Shown in pieces: positions 1-13,959 of a stretch of 64,000 nt of DNA. Under the pieces are notes generated by a model, which searched no databases, was not told the origin of the DNA, and saw only the letters and a list, made by a program, of their open reading frames with translations. Location: NCBI GenBank assembly GCA_051362555.1, contig CM120646.1, positions 1,240,001 to 1,304,000 of the forward strand, given 5' to 3'. The DNA comes from Lingula anatina (taxonomy: Eukaryota; Animalia; Brachiopoda). How positions within the stretch are numbered: the first letter of the stretch is position 1; each line of letters begins with the position of its first letter. The translations under genes were made by a program, and so were the position numbers.

Positions 1-234
1 AAGGAGGGAGAGGCTGTCAAGACAATCAAACGTACCCTGTTTGGCCGTATGAATCCTTACCCACAGAAGAAAGTAATGACGTTCAACAAGCACACAGAGG
101 ACTTTCATTTCCGTGTTAACTATGGGGACCTTAGCTACCTGGAGGAGGTGGATGTCAAGTAAGTGAAGAAATTGGAATTTTGTTTTTTGGGGAGTTTGAA
201 AAGAGAAAGTTTGTGTGTTAATGTGTACACATGC

Positions 235-304
<70 letters not shown>

Positions 305-3300
305 TAGAAGACAGACAGAGAGAGAGAGAGAGAGATTCCCATTTCCAGGAGGAAAATTCCTATTCTGAATTAAACATGTATATTTAACTTATTTTCAGGA
401 ATTTTGATTCCCTGAATCTGACCAAAGTGACTTTGAAAGGAGTCAAAGCTGCCCATGAGAAGCACAGTAAAGATGCTGAGAGCAAGGGAGTCAAGGCACA
501 CTTCAGAATGGACGAGAGTGGAATTCTAACTCTTGACAGGGTCAGTTGATAATATGAAGAGCTTCTGATATTTATCATTCCACTTTAGACTCTTTCCTCC
601 TTTTTCATTTATAAAAATTATAACATCAAGAGAATCATGAACCCTTGGCCCCAGGCCTGAAATACTGAATTGATGACCTTTGAACTTGAAAAACTAACAA
701 AGCCGATTTTAGCATTCTACAGACCACTACTGTACTGCAAGTTTTTAATGCAGTGGCATTTGTTTTAAACAGTCAGTCAATATTTATTTTTTACCTTCAC
801 CAGGTGGAATCAGTTTATGAAAAAGCTCCTCCTCCGGAAGAAGAATCTACCCTAGCAAGTAAGGGACATTTTTACCATAAGATAATGTTTTTTTTTTTAC
901 CACTTAAACTCACAGAATTACTTTTGTTTTGAATAAAGTTTTCATTCAAATGTATATTTTACTAAAATGAATTGGTTTCATGCAAAAGTTTAATCAGTGA
1001 ATTTATGTCTGGAGTTTTTTTTTCAGAGCTTGGTAACACCATTTCCAACTTTTTCTCTGGTAAGAGTGAGGAGGAAGGAAATGTTGAAGACAGCAAAGAG
1101 AAAGATGACAAAGGGAAGGAGAACGGAGGAGAAAAATCTACGGACAGTAAAGATGACACATCAGAGGTGAGAACTTTTAGATGATATTTTAAATTTGATG
1201 AAAAATAAAGGAGTAACTTAAAGCTGCAGCAAATTGAATGGCTTTATATGCAGCTTCCACTTCCTTAGTTGAAGCTTGCTAGAATAATTTATTTTCAATA
1301 TTAGGTTATATTGTTTTAAGTTAGAGGGCAAATTTTTTGTTTATTTAATTTCTTAATTTACTTTGTTTTTGGCGCATTGAAAAAATATAAGAAGATCAAA
1401 ATTTCTAACAATAGAAATTGAAATTGAATTTGAATATAATACTAAAGCTTTATCTATAGCATGTAATTGCATGTTAACTTATGTTATCTCATCAGCCTAA
1501 ATTTTATTTTTTGATAAATGTTTGACATACAAGTACAAGCTAAAGAATTTTGATGCAAAGTAAAAAATAAATGGGCTTTTGTGAATGATTTAATAATTTA
1601 AGAATTTGAAAAAATTCAGATTCCAATTTAAGTATACCCTCTCTTAGACACTAACCTTCAGTCACGAAGTAACAAATTGCTGCTCACAAATCTCGGTCTT
1701 GGATAATTATGGTCAGCATATGTTTTCTCTAAACCTCATTCTTAAGACCGCTTTTTGCATTCCTGTTGTTAACATATGCTAGACTTGTCTGTTCTTCAAA
1801 TCTCTGTATGTAAATTTTCCTGTTTAGCTCACAGTTTAACTCAAACAATGGTATTATGTTAAATAGATCTCTGGCGACATCCTTTCTGATTGTGCCTCAT
1901 TATAGACCAACACATGGTCCTGGATTTAAGACCCTAACTTATTTTCATACATAATATACATATATATTATAACCCACTTTGCTTGCTTTTATTGTTTTTT
2001 TCCTCTTATTTGGATCTTGGTTATTTTTGTTGAAGTTGGACTAACCCTTCTATACACAGACTAGATTTGGGATTTTCATGTTGGTGAAAAAATTAAGATA
2101 TGCCCATAAAAACTGCAATACTTGTGGTTAAACCAATCTGTTCAGGCCCATGGCCTACAATTTCAAAGGGGTGGGGGTCTTATTTCTGCAAAAGTGGATC
2201 TTTTGCCTTGAAACCTTCGTGTACCTAAATTAGTTTTTACCCAGGGGTGACCTTTTTCCTGACAAAAAGGGTGCGCTTCTTTTGAACCTCCCCCCCCCCC
2301 ACCCCCCTGACTAAGCACCTGCTATTGGTCCAGTGATGGAAGGGTTAGAACACATTTAGCTACATATTTTACCTTTGCATATTTATTTTTAGTTTCTGTG
2401 GCTTATTTTGTTGCTCTTGCTCTACTGTATCTTCTTGCACTGTGGAATTTGTCTCCATGTTGTTAGCAGGACAAGAAAGAGAAAAAACAGAGTGATAAGG
2501 CTAAAGAGGAAGAGAAAGAGAAAAAGGAAGAGAAAACGGAGAATAAAAAGGACACCAAAGCTCAAAAAGAGGAAGTAAAGAATGAGAAGAAGGAAGAAAA
2601 GACAGATCAGAAAAAGGTGCTTTATTTGAAAAAACAAAAAAACAAAAAAAAAAAAAAATTGAAGTGGGTAACGCCCATCACAAACTACCAGGGAAAGTGA
2701 TTGTTATCTTTACCGTATATGTTGTGTTGTGCAGGTTAGGATTTCTTTCTTTGAAAAATGGTGAAAGTATTTATGCCTCTTTGTTTGTAAAAAGTATTTC
2801 AGTTTGCTTACAGTTATACATCTGACCTCTCATTAATTTCCCTTCTTCATCTTTGAATTCATTTTTGGTTCCATTTTTAGGTTTCAGCAAAATATATAAA
2901 ACAAACATTGCCATGGCTTCTATATAAAAATAAATAAAAAGTGAAAACATTCTGTACTTTTGGGAATGAAAGATTTGTATATGGTTAAAGGGATACCTAC
3001 AAGTACCACTTACAGTACTAACTTTCTTCCTGATACTTCCCCCCCCCCTCCACCCTCTACATCATTTCTGCAATCCTAGCTCCTGTACTTGTGTTTAATT
3101 GGTACTGGTACATGTGAATTCTTGTGATGACATTTTTGTTTCAGTATTATACAGAAATTGCCATAATAATCATGGTATAACGTTTTAGAGTGTCATTGAG
3201 TGATACAAAAAAGATTTTGGACCCTATATGTATTGAAAAGTGTTGGGTTTAAAGGCTAGTGCGACTGAGTAGTTATGATTTGCTTTTTTTTGTATGGGTT

Positions 3301-6300
3301 GATATGTTATCAAAACTATATAATAATATTATGATAATGACAAAAAATCACTTCATTAAAAGCATGAGGTAAAACATGAGTTGATCCAGGGGGTGTGACA
3401 CAGGCCTCTCCTCCCTTCAAGTCAAAATTGGGCCCAAACCCTTACAAACACCGAGACCCACAAAACATTAGCATGACATTGCAAAATGTCTAGAATTACA
3501 CCTTTGTTTTGCTCAAACTTGTGTGCCCCCTCCTGTTCTTTATTTCTCGTATTATCCAGTGTACGCATGCACGTTTTCAAGGCAGAGGAGAAGTAGTATT
3601 ACCCTCATATAGAGCAGCTGGAATGAATTGGAATAATTGTTTACATAAAAACAATTAATAATTACTGCAATTTTGATTGACCATTAGTTATTGTTGCTGG
3701 TGCATGGCTGTTGGTGGGGGGGTAATTCCTCTAATAGGTAGTATTGAAATTGAACTGATAAAATTCTTACTTATACATTGGTCTTTATTATGAGTTATAC
3801 CAGATAGTAATAGACAAAATAAAAAGTTATTTTTTTAATTTGATATTTTGTATATCAGACTCTGTAGTTTAGGTTCTGAATGTCCCTATTTTCAGGATGA
3901 GACGCCAAAGGAAGGCAAGGCAGACAAAGGTGAACAGAAGGGCAACGAGACCACTGACAAAAAAGATGGCGATGCAGCCAAGAATGAGACAGCAGAAGAA
4001 AAAGTGAGATATTTTTTTGTGACATAGAAATGATTGATTATTTTGATGGCATACAGTGGTATTGATCTTGATCTTATACATATGGTAATGACCCTGGACT
4101 TTGCATGATTCATGTGTTGCCAAAGCCGATTTCACAAAGCTGATTTTTCACAATAATATATACTGGTAGATGTAATTTTGTTTTGTTGTTTGGCAAATGT
4201 GAGCTATGCTGTTTTTCTCTTGGATAAATTGATGACAGAATGAGGTCCCCCCCCCCACCTTCTTCACAGCTTTACTTCTGAAAACTATTCTTTGTGAAAA
4301 TTGTGACTGTATGTCACCCAGAAAAGCCATATATGCCTGTCTTCACCAAACCTCTGGATGTGGAACAAAAATATTGAATAACATTTACAATTTGGTTCTC
4401 CAGAAACCACCTAAGCCAGTGACAATAAAAGAGGAGATCACACCAGAGTCTGAGATCCTTGACCTCCTGCCGCCCAGTGAAGATGCAGTGAAAGCTTCAA
4501 TAAAAGTGTGAGTACATATTTTTTATACAACGAGACTGTGACAAGCTGCCATATTTATCCACAGGAAGATGACTGCTATGTACAGGAAGATTTATGGATA
4601 GCTTGTGGAGATGCCATCCAGATGACAAAACTTTTAGTTACTGTATCATTTTTAACTGAATAACTCAGTTAATTGTGCATGTTTCATTGTCCATTTAGAC
4701 CATAATGTCTTCTTGACTTTTTGATGAAAAATATTGACATTATGGATATCTGGATCTGTAGGATGTTAAGAGTAGAATGTGACTTTGGGAAATGCATGTT
4801 GAATACCTTTAATATTTAATGCTGTTTCTCTTCCAGACTGGAAAAACTAAAGCAGAAGGACGAAGATAAGATTAAACTGCAGCAGGCCCATAATGCACTG
4901 GAATCTTTTATATTCGATGCCCAAGATAAGCTGTACCAGGAACCTTATGAACAAGCATCCACCGAAGAAGAAAGAAGCATGCTTCGAGAAAAATTAACAG
5001 CAGCATCTGATTGGTTGGATGAGTCTGATGTGACAAATACAATACAGGTAGGAATCGCACTAAAGTTGATAACAAGGTGTGATTATAAATTAATACAGCC
5101 TTTTTGTGAGGAGATATAATTTGAGAATGACATTTTGAGAAAAAAAAAAAAATTTTATCTCACTTTTTAATATGTTGCTTATGGAAATATTTTCTTTATA
5201 TTTAGGAATTCAAAGATCAACTCAAAACTCTTAAAGATGCCACTAAGGCCCTCTATGAAAGAGTAAGAGAACACAGCGAGAGACCCAAAGCACTTGAAGC
5301 ACTGAAGGATATGTTGAATTATACGGATATGTTCTACAAAGGAGTTAAAAATTTGACAGAGAGCTTAGAGGACCAACCTTATACAGAAGTGGAAGTCACA
5401 ACGTTAGAGAAATTAATAAATGAAACAAAGGTTTGTATTGGCTGTTTTTATATCCTTTATTTTTTTTAAATCTGATAAAATATTAATCAAACGTTTGGTT
5501 GTGTATATGTGCAATTTTGTGTATCTGAGGATAATTTTATATCAGATTTGTTGCAATTTACAAATTTTGAGACCCCCACACCTTCTCTCTGGGATAGAAA
5601 GAATTAGACATTCTAAGTATTTTAATACTCTCACTTTCATAAAAAATACTAAAAGATGTTGGCCAAATTTGATGTTAATTTGTTTTTCAGTTAAAATCGT
5701 TACAAATACAAGTTTTAAAGAGAATGTGTATTGGAAAAGATATGTAAATTGTGGAGTCAGTGGGGATTTTCATAGATGTATAGAATGAATAGAATGAAAT
5801 TCTTGTTCTTGATTTGAAATGTTTCTGTAATGGTTATTTCATTTTGAAAAAAGTGTCTTTTGTAATGATGATGAAGCAGAAAATTGTTTCTTAAGATACC
5901 AAACATGTTTTCTACTTGAACATGAGAAATGATGTTTCTCATTGACACGTTAGTCACACATGTGGTGAGGATCCTTTATTGTCAGTAAGTGTGACTCGGG
6001 TAGAAAACATTATGCATGATCTTTTGAAATGATTGGTCATAAACCTTGTACTATTGTTTAATTTTAGAGTTGGCAAAAGACAAATGTTAAAGCCCAGAAG
6101 GACACTCCACTGACAGACAAACCAGTGCTGTTAGTAGAAGATATTGCAGTCAAAATCAGAGCTCTTGACAGAGAGGTCAAATATTTGATGAACAAAGCAA
6201 AAACATTTGTGCCCAAGAAGCCTGTTAAGCCAAAAAATGAAACAGAGACACCTGGCAATGAGACTAAAATTGAAACACCAAATAATGAGACGAAATCTGA

Positions 6301-7087
6301 AGAGGAGGGCTCTGCTGAAGGTCAAGGTCGGTATTTTTTTGATAAGAAAAATGGCACGTTTGATAGAAAAATATCACATTTGCTTGTTGTTTAAAGGAAA
6401 TAGTCATTCAAGATACTTGAAACATACTTTAAACACTTTGCTGAACAAATTGCTTGTAGATTATTCTCTTGCAGTGAATAATAATTAAAGTCATATTAAA
6501 TTTGTTCAGCTTACTTGTACATTGGGAATTTGTTTCTGTCACAAGCCTTCAAAATGAATTTTTCTTTTAGATAAAAATAATTCATAACTAACAAACATCA
6601 GAATCATCAGCAAGACTTAAAAATGTTAGTGACAAAAATATGGTTAGTCACATATAGATGCAATTAAAATTTATTAGTAGAAATTCCAAGAGCATTAACT
6701 AAATTCTTTGTAAATGTTGTCATTTTGTTAACAAGTAAAAGTAATATTTCAATTGGTTGATATTTAGCAGACAGCACTACTCCAAGCACAGAAGAGCCAG
6801 TGGAACAGCCTCCGCCTCCTACAGAAGAGGAAAATAAAAATAAAGGTAATCTCCCCTTTTTTTCACTTAAAACCCCCTCTTCCCCTCTCTCACACACACT
6901 TTTACTATAACATTAAATTTTATTTTCTTATTTGTGTATTTTTTTTACAAATTTTACCGCTTGTTTTTCAGAAGAAAAATTAGAGCTACCAGAATCAGAA
7001 GAAACAGATAAAACTGGAAAGGAAGACAAATCATCAGAATCTAAAGAAACGGACTCTAAAAAAGATGATGAACATATTGAACTTTAA
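1..7087 (+). CDS. HYOU1: Hypoxia up-regulated protein 1 (GRP170/ORP150, ER HSP70-family), 3' part; gene begins upstream of the window
   Basis: GT-AG exons in continuous frame: 1-158, 399-540, 804-858, 1027-1166, 2470-2616, 3896-4003, 4404-4507, 4837-5047, 5206-5430, 6068-6326 (or 6320), 6771-6845, 6972-7087. Peptides [83 protein letters not shown] match GRP170; C-terminus DEHIEL* is KDEL-like. Confidence 0.95.
237..334. repeat. (AG)n microsatellite in HYOU1 intron
   Basis: Direct read. Confidence 0.95.
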
Positions 7088-7681
7088 CATTAGGTTACTT
7101 ACTAGGCATTTAAGTTATTTTATTTAAAAAAAAAAAGGGCACAAGAAAACCGAGCGGAAGTTTGGCAAAAATGTTGTTAACAGAGCAGAAATTGTAGATG
7201 TGGATATGTGAAGAATTCCTGAATATAGAAATCATAAAAATTTACCTACAAAGTCACCAGCCAATGAAAAAAAAATCAAAACCAGGGTTTCAAATACTCA
7301 TTTCATTAAAAATTCTACTCTACTGCCAACAAATGTGGCCTTGGTTATTTCCATGGGATAAAAAATGTGTTACTGGCTGTATAAGTTGTGTATTTTGACA
7401 GTATTTAAATACATTTTGTACATTACTATGTCTCAGTCAGTGGTCTTCTGTGGTTATCATTTGGGATCTAGAACAAACAGGAGAGCAGATTTGTGGAACT
7501 CGGGACGAAACACAATTGGTTGGATGAATGCCGATTGTGCAGAGAACTTCCCAGTATGACCGTGATGCAAAGATGGCATCTCAAGGTGGATATGCTTGTT
7601 TATGATTGAACAGGCAGTGATGTAAAGTCACTTGATATTGTTACTAACAGTTATTCACGTCTATGTGACAGAAATATATGA

Positions 7682-7687
7682 AATAAA
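7682..7687 (+). terminator. Candidate polyadenylation signal of HYOU1
   Basis: AATAAA about 600 nt after the stop, running into a genomic A-tract. Confidence 0.35.
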
Positions 7688-8581
7688 AAAAAAAAAAAAA
7701 CACTGGTACAATTCCTGGCCCAATGGTCGCAATCTCGTCTCAAAGAGAGTTATTACGGGCCAACTTTATTAATTTAAATGTTATGTACGATCTCTTTACA
7801 CATTTAATGTGATATGGTGTTCTTTATGAATGTTCAGGTACTCGGAGATGTGAAAGAAATTGATATAATTTTTGTAAAGACAAAAGACATTAAAATATTA
7901 CATTAAGCATGTGTTATTTATTTATTAATACTTCTAACTGGTAGATTTGCTCTTCAGTAAAATATCAATTTTATTTCATATGGGTATAAACAGATGTACA
8001 AAAACCAAATGAAGGAAAAAATTCCATTTTCCTAATTGCAGCTATTTAACTCAACAGTACTCATGTTGGACCCTAACTTAACACACGTATGTAATGACTG
8101 TTAATAAACTGGATACGTTCCTTCCAAAACATGAGGAAAATTACTTTATCTTCCCTTGTGCAGATCCAGATGAAGTCAGAGGGTGTCAACTGGTCAACAT
8201 GCGTCCTTGGGAGTATACAGGATACATGAATACTGCCACCAACTTATTCTATGTCCTCAACTTTGTTGTCCCATCTATGACGTCAGATACAATGCTGTCA
8301 ATAGAGACTTCCATTGCTGCGTCTTCTTTCCAACATTGCAATTGTTCCATGTCCATCTTGCTTTTATATCTAAACTTCTGAACTTTTACTCAATTTCTTG
8401 CCTATGAAGGTTATCAATTATCCCTCCCCCTTTCCCAACACAGACACCAATTCAGTCATTTTAAGAATTTGAAAATAAACCCACAACTTTTCTTGAACGA
8501 AGGAATATCTTTCAAATTGGTGGTAAATGTAGGTATGTTGTTGGGAGGCATCTTGCTCTCATGGTGGTCATTTGATGGATG

Positions 8582-11500
8582 TAACTAGAGGATCAGAGAG
8601 GCGATACCGCCTCCGAATATTGTACCACCAGCTGGAGCAAGCGCATTCGTATAGACCCCCACATACACAAAATAAGGGACACAGCCACCAGTTTTGTGCT
8701 TGACAAGCTGTAAAAATGCAATCAACAAGAATTTTTAAACTATTGCAAAAAATATATATGGTACAATCAAATTTAAGTTCTTTGTAAGATAGGTCAAGGG
8801 TCAATTTCAAGGTCACAGTACATTGCCAGTATATGACTTCCTATTCAAGTTCAAGAGTAACTATGGACCTATCTCTGTCAAGTTTGAAGTTAAAAGAGAA
8901 AGAAATTAGCAGAGTTCACTTCATGATAAAAAGTAGGTCAAAGGTCAATTTCAAGGTCACACTTAGATTGCCAGTATAGGACTTCCTATTCAAGTTCAAT
9001 AGTAACTATGGACCTATCTCTGCCAGTTTTGGAGATAAAAGGGAAGCAAAATTTGCATAGTTCAGTTTATGGTGAAAAGTAGGTCAAAGGTCAATTTTAA
9101 GGTCACATTTAGATTGCCAGTATATGACTTCCTATTCAAGTTCAATAGTAACTACGGACCTATCTCTGCCAGTTTTGGAGATAAAAGGAAAGCAAAATTT
9201 GCAAAGTTCAGTTCATGGTGAAAAGTAGGTGAAAGGTCAATTTTAAGGTCACATTTAGATTGCCAGTATATGACTTCCTATTCAAGTTCAATAGTAACTA
9301 TGGACCTATCTTTGCCAGTTTTGGAGATAAAAGGGAAGCAAAATTTGCAAAGTTCAGTTTATGGTGAAAAGTAGGTCAAAGGTCAATTTTAATGTCACAT
9401 TTATATTGCCAGTATATGACTTCCTATTCAAGTTCAATAGTAACTATGGACCTATCTCTGCCAGTTTTGGAGATAAAAGGAAAGCAAAATTTGCAAAGTT
9501 CAGTTCATGGTGAAAAGTAGGTCAAAGGTCAATTTTAAGGTCACATTTAGATTGCCAGTATATGACTTCCTATTCAAGTTCAATAGTAACTATGGACCTA
9601 TCTCTGCCAGTTTTGGAGATAAAAGGGAAGAAAAATTTGCAAAGTTCAGTTCATGGTGAAAAGTAGGTCAAAGGTCAATTTCAAGGTCACAGTAAGATTG
9701 CCAGTATATGACTTCCTATTCAACTTCAATAGTAACTATGGACCTATCTCTGCCAGTTTTGGAGATATAAGGGACTAAATGTTATAATTTTGGAGTTACC
9801 ATAATGTGCCATAAATTTCCTACAGAAGAAATTAATAAAAATAAAGAAAAGGTCATTTTGGTCAAAATTCTTGAAATGGGGGTGCTCTGAAGTTCCAGAT
9901 GTTCAAATTTGATGAAATAATGTCATTTTTGACCACAAGTTGTCTGCTTTGCCAAGCCTTATGTTTTATTTTTCCGGAGTTCAAAATTTATTATCCATTA
10001 CCGTACTGCACATTCTGCTTTCACCACCAATATGTACTTTTTGATACAGCGTAACTTTGGAGATAAAAGGGAAGCAAAATTTGCAAAGTTCAGTTCATGG
10101 TGAAAAGTAGGTCAAAGGTCAATTTCAAGGTCACATTTAGATTGCCAATATATGACTTCCTATTCAAGTTCAATAGTAACTATGGACCTATCTCTGCCAG
10201 TTTTGGAGATAAAAGGGAACCAAAATTTGCAAAGTTCACTTCATGGTGAAAAGTAGGTCAAAGGTCAATTTCAAGGTCACATTTAGATTGCCAGTATATG
10301 ACTTCCTATTCATGTTCAATAGCAACTATGGACCTATCTCTGCCAGTTTTGTTGATAAAAGGGAAGCAAAATTTGCAAAGTTCAGTTCACGGTGAAAAGT
10401 AGGTCAAAGGTCAATTTCAGGGTCACATTTAGATTGCCAGTATATGACTTCCTATTCAACTTCAATAGTAACTATGGACCTATCTCTGCCAGTTTTGGAG
10501 ATAAAAGGGAAGCAAAATTTGCAAAGTTCAGTTCATGGTGAAAAGTAGGTCAAAGGTCAATTTTAAGGTCACATTAGGATTGCCAGTATATGACTTCCTA
10601 TTCAACTTCAATAGTAACTATGGACCTATCTCTGCCAGTTTTGGAGATAAAAGGGAACCAAAATTTGCAAAGTTCACTTCGTGGTGAAAAGTAGGTCAAA
10701 GGTCAATTTCAAGGTCACATTTAGATTGCCAGTATATGACTTCCAACTTCAATAGTAACTATGGACCTATCTCTGCCAGTTTTGGAAATAAAAGGGAACC
10801 AAAATTTGCAAAGTTCAGTTCATGGTGAAAAGTAGGTCAAAGGTCAATTTCAAGGTCACATTTAGATTGCCAATATATGACTTCCTATTCAAGTTCAATA
10901 GTAACTATGGACCTATCTCTGCCAGTTTTGGAGATAAAAGGGAACCAAAATTTGCAAAGTTCACTTCATGGTGAAAAGTAGGTCAAAGGTCAATTTTGAG
11001 GTCACATTTAGATTGCCAGTATATGACTTCCTATTCAACTTCAATAGTAAATATGGACCTATCTCTGCCAGTTTTGGAGATAAAAGGGAAGCAAAATTTG
11101 CATAGTTCAGTTTATGGTGAAAAGTAGGTCAAAGGTCAATTTTAAGGTCACATTTAGATTGCCAGTATATGACTTCCTATTCAAGTTCAATAGTAACTAT
11201 GGACCTATCTCTGCCAGGTTTGGAGTTAAAAGAGAAAGAATTTAGCAGAGTTCAGTTCATGGTGAAAAGTAGGTCAAAGGTCAATTTTAAGGTCACATTT
11301 AGATTGCCAGTATATGACTTCCTATTCAACTTCAATAGTAACTATGGACCTATCTCTGCCAGTTTTGGAGATAAAGGGGAAGCAAAATTTGCAAAGTTCA
11401 GTTCATGGTGAAAAGTAGGTCAAAGGTCAATTTTAAGGTCACATTTAGATTGCCAGTATATGACTTCCTAATCAACTTCAATAGTAACTATGGACCTATC

Positions 11501-12539
11501 TCTGCCAGTTTTGGAGATATAAGGGACTAAATGTTATAATTTTGGAGTTACCATAATGTGCCATAAATTTCGTACAGAAAAAATTAATTAAAATAAAGAA
11601 AAGGTCATTTTGGTCAAAATTCTTGAAATGGGAGGTGCTCTGAAGTTCCAGATGTTCAAATTTGATGAAATAATGTCATTTTTGACCACAAGTTGTCTGC
11701 TTTGCCAAGCCTTATGTTTTATTTTTCCGGAGTTCAAAATTTATTATCCATTACCGTACTGCACATTTTGCTTTCACCACCAATATGTACTTTTTGATAC
11801 AGTGTAACTTGAAAACCGTATGGAATACAAAAAAAACGAGACCACCCCCAGTGTTGGGCTTTACATGCTCTACAAAATGCAAAAAAGAATGGGTCTCTAG
11901 CATTAACGGTTCCCGAATTAGAGACAGTTTTCAGTTTCGGTATCTTATGGCCGCTACTCCCGTGAAAATGCACCGATTGACCCCAAATTCACGGAGATGA
12001 AAGATGACCTGAAGGGTTACACTTTCCAATAATATTATTGGTTAAGTCTGTGTGGTGTCTGAATAACAGGGCAAATAATTATTTTTTCGTAAAAAAATTC
12101 ATTTTTTTGAAAATTTTGGCCCGTTTGACCTTGAAATAAAGGTCAAAGGTCAAATCCAAGGGCATATTTGAAATCTACACATATGACTTTTGGAAAGCCG
12201 TCTGTAGAAATTTTTCCCATAATTCCTTCTGTAGGGTAGATAATTAGCATTTAATTTTGCCATTTTTAGACAAGGGTGCATTGTAATGAGTGCCACACCT
12301 AGACCCCAAAACTGACAAAGCCCAAATTTTACGTGGAACGAGTTGAGATTATAGGTGACCTAAATCCAAGAGATGGGTACAGGGGCCCTTACCGTCTAGG
12401 AGGAGAAGCGGTAACGGTAGCCATCCGGCGGAGCCGGCGGAGCCGGCGGAGCCGCAGGAGCCGGCGGAGCCAGCGGAACGATCCGGACGGGACTAAAACC
12501 ATGTGTACCGCCAGCGCTAACGCTGGTGGTACAATAATA
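8582..12539 (-). mobile_element. Non-autonomous Helentron-associated element (HINE/DINE-1-like) with central tandem repeats
   Basis: Subterminal inverted repeats ATTGTACCACCAGC (8619-8632) / GCTGGTGGTACAAT (12522-12535); hairpin at 12504-12533; (CCGGCGGAG)n at ~12425-12478; terminal stem-loop GAGGCG-ATAC-CGCCTC at 8598-8613; internal 146-bp arrays. Confidence 0.8.
8780..11520. repeat. 146-bp tandem repeat in two arrays (~7 and ~10 units) separated by a ~285-bp spacer
   Basis: AAGTAGGTCAAAGGTCAATT(T/C)AAGGTCAC recurs at 8931, 9077, 9223 etc. (period 146). Spacer ~9770-10055 is repeated at ~11518-11808. Confidence 0.95.
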
Positions 12540-12582
12540 AGTTCTTCAATCTTGCTGACCAGTTATAGTAGAATTCCAGTCG

Positions 12583-13367
12583 CTACTTGTCATCCTCAGT
12601 CACAGCTTCACATTTCTCTCTTATGTCATCTAAGATTTCTAATGTCAAAGAAAATATAATTTGTATATATAAACTTTAATTTTAGTATGTATCTATAAAT
12701 AAGCTTTAATTTTAGCTACAAGGAACAGTAATTACAATTTAAAGTAACCTAAACATTATTATTCAATGCTTCATGTATTACATTATTTTTTCTGCAACAT
12801 TAAACAAAAAAATAACATGAATCATTTTCACTTGATGTTCAGTATAATAACCTCTACAATATATTTTTTCAAGACCTGAATGACATGCCCTATATATCAC
12901 TCGGCATGAACTTTAATTAAAGAAGAAAACTCACTTTTACAGCTGGCCAATTCTTTCTCTCTGTCTGAGCAGAAAAATATGTTGCTGTTTGGTTGCTGCT
13001 TGTAAACTTTCTGAAAATTAAAAGAATTTTTTTACAAAGTCCCTTAAACTCTGAAAAAAAAAAAAATTAAACAAAAGACTAGGATTAGAACACCAAAATT
13101 CAGATTCTGTGAGTGATGTTTCAAATTTATTCCAAACATTGCAGTGTCACATGAAATTAAAGGCGTTTGTTTGTGCCACTATTCATATTATTTGTGGATT
13201 GATTGCTTCAGCATTTACATACATTTCCATTGTTTGTTAATTCATTATAAGTGTATTATTTTGTCTGTTGTTTCTTGAAGGCTACTAGAAGCTTATGCGT
13301 CTCATGAAACCTATTTTGTTGTAAAAATCCCGTTTGTGTTTTACTCCCCTGCTTACATTGCTGCATA

Positions 13368-13411
<44 letters not shown>

Positions 13412-13959
13412 GCTAGTTTATAAACCCATATGAATATAAAAAGCAAAATGGCTTACAGCTCCCGGTTTCAAAGACCTCAGTTCTTCTTGCAAGACTTCAA
13501 TTTCGTGCTTCTTGGTGTTCACCTGAAAGAAATAATTAGAACAGGCAGGTAGAAAACGACGATAAAATAAACGGGTATTCTGTGTTGATCTTTTTGCCTC
13601 GGGTTTCTAAGTTGTAACGTTCGTGAAAAACAAAGGATGCCCTCCATGCTAGCTACATGTATGATGGCATACGGAAATTCTGTAAGGTTGAACGCAAACC
13701 AATGTACACTGTACTATCAATCAACCAATCGATCGAAACACTAACATTGGGCAAACTTGGGTCTTTATTTGTACTCTGTCTTAGAGTACGTAATATGCAT
13801 GTCACCGGTATTTCTTGTCCTGCCAGAACCAAGACCGATCGGTGATTATGATAATTAAATGCAGAGTTGAAGTATGACCATCCCCAATATACTTACCACT
13901 TGTGCCATTCCCTTACTTCCTGCTTTACCGTGCACAGAATATGTGGTAGGCCTACTCAT
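12583..13959 (-). CDS. ASDURF: ASNSD1 upstream ORF protein homologue (prefoldin-like PAQosome subunit), ~86 aa; first exon tentative
   Basis: Exons 13959-13897 (tentative), 13522-13457, 13010-12935, 12638-12583, GT-AG and phase-compatible: VNTKKHEIEVLQEELRSLKPGA-KVYKQQPNSNIFFCSDREKELASCK-KILDDIREKCEAVTEDDK*. Resembles human ASDURF as recalled (KVYRQQQNSNIFFLADR...ILDELK). Confidence 0.85.

Noticed and set aside
163-387. ER-repeat ORF (also YI-repeat ORFs at 60027-60236)
   Set aside because: Microsatellite translations.
8094-8816. ASNSD1 main ORF or extra exon downstream of ASDURF
   Set aside because: Only short ORFs with no convincing motif; 8582-8816 is the HINE terminus.
8780-11520. CRISPR-like array or repeat-coded protein (ORF 11169-11411)
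   Set aside because: Contiguous near-identical units without unique spacers, within a eukaryotic transposon.
12333-12659. Arg/Ser-rich 108-aa ORF
   Set aside because: Made of the HINE 9-bp microsatellite plus the antisense of the last ASDURF exon.
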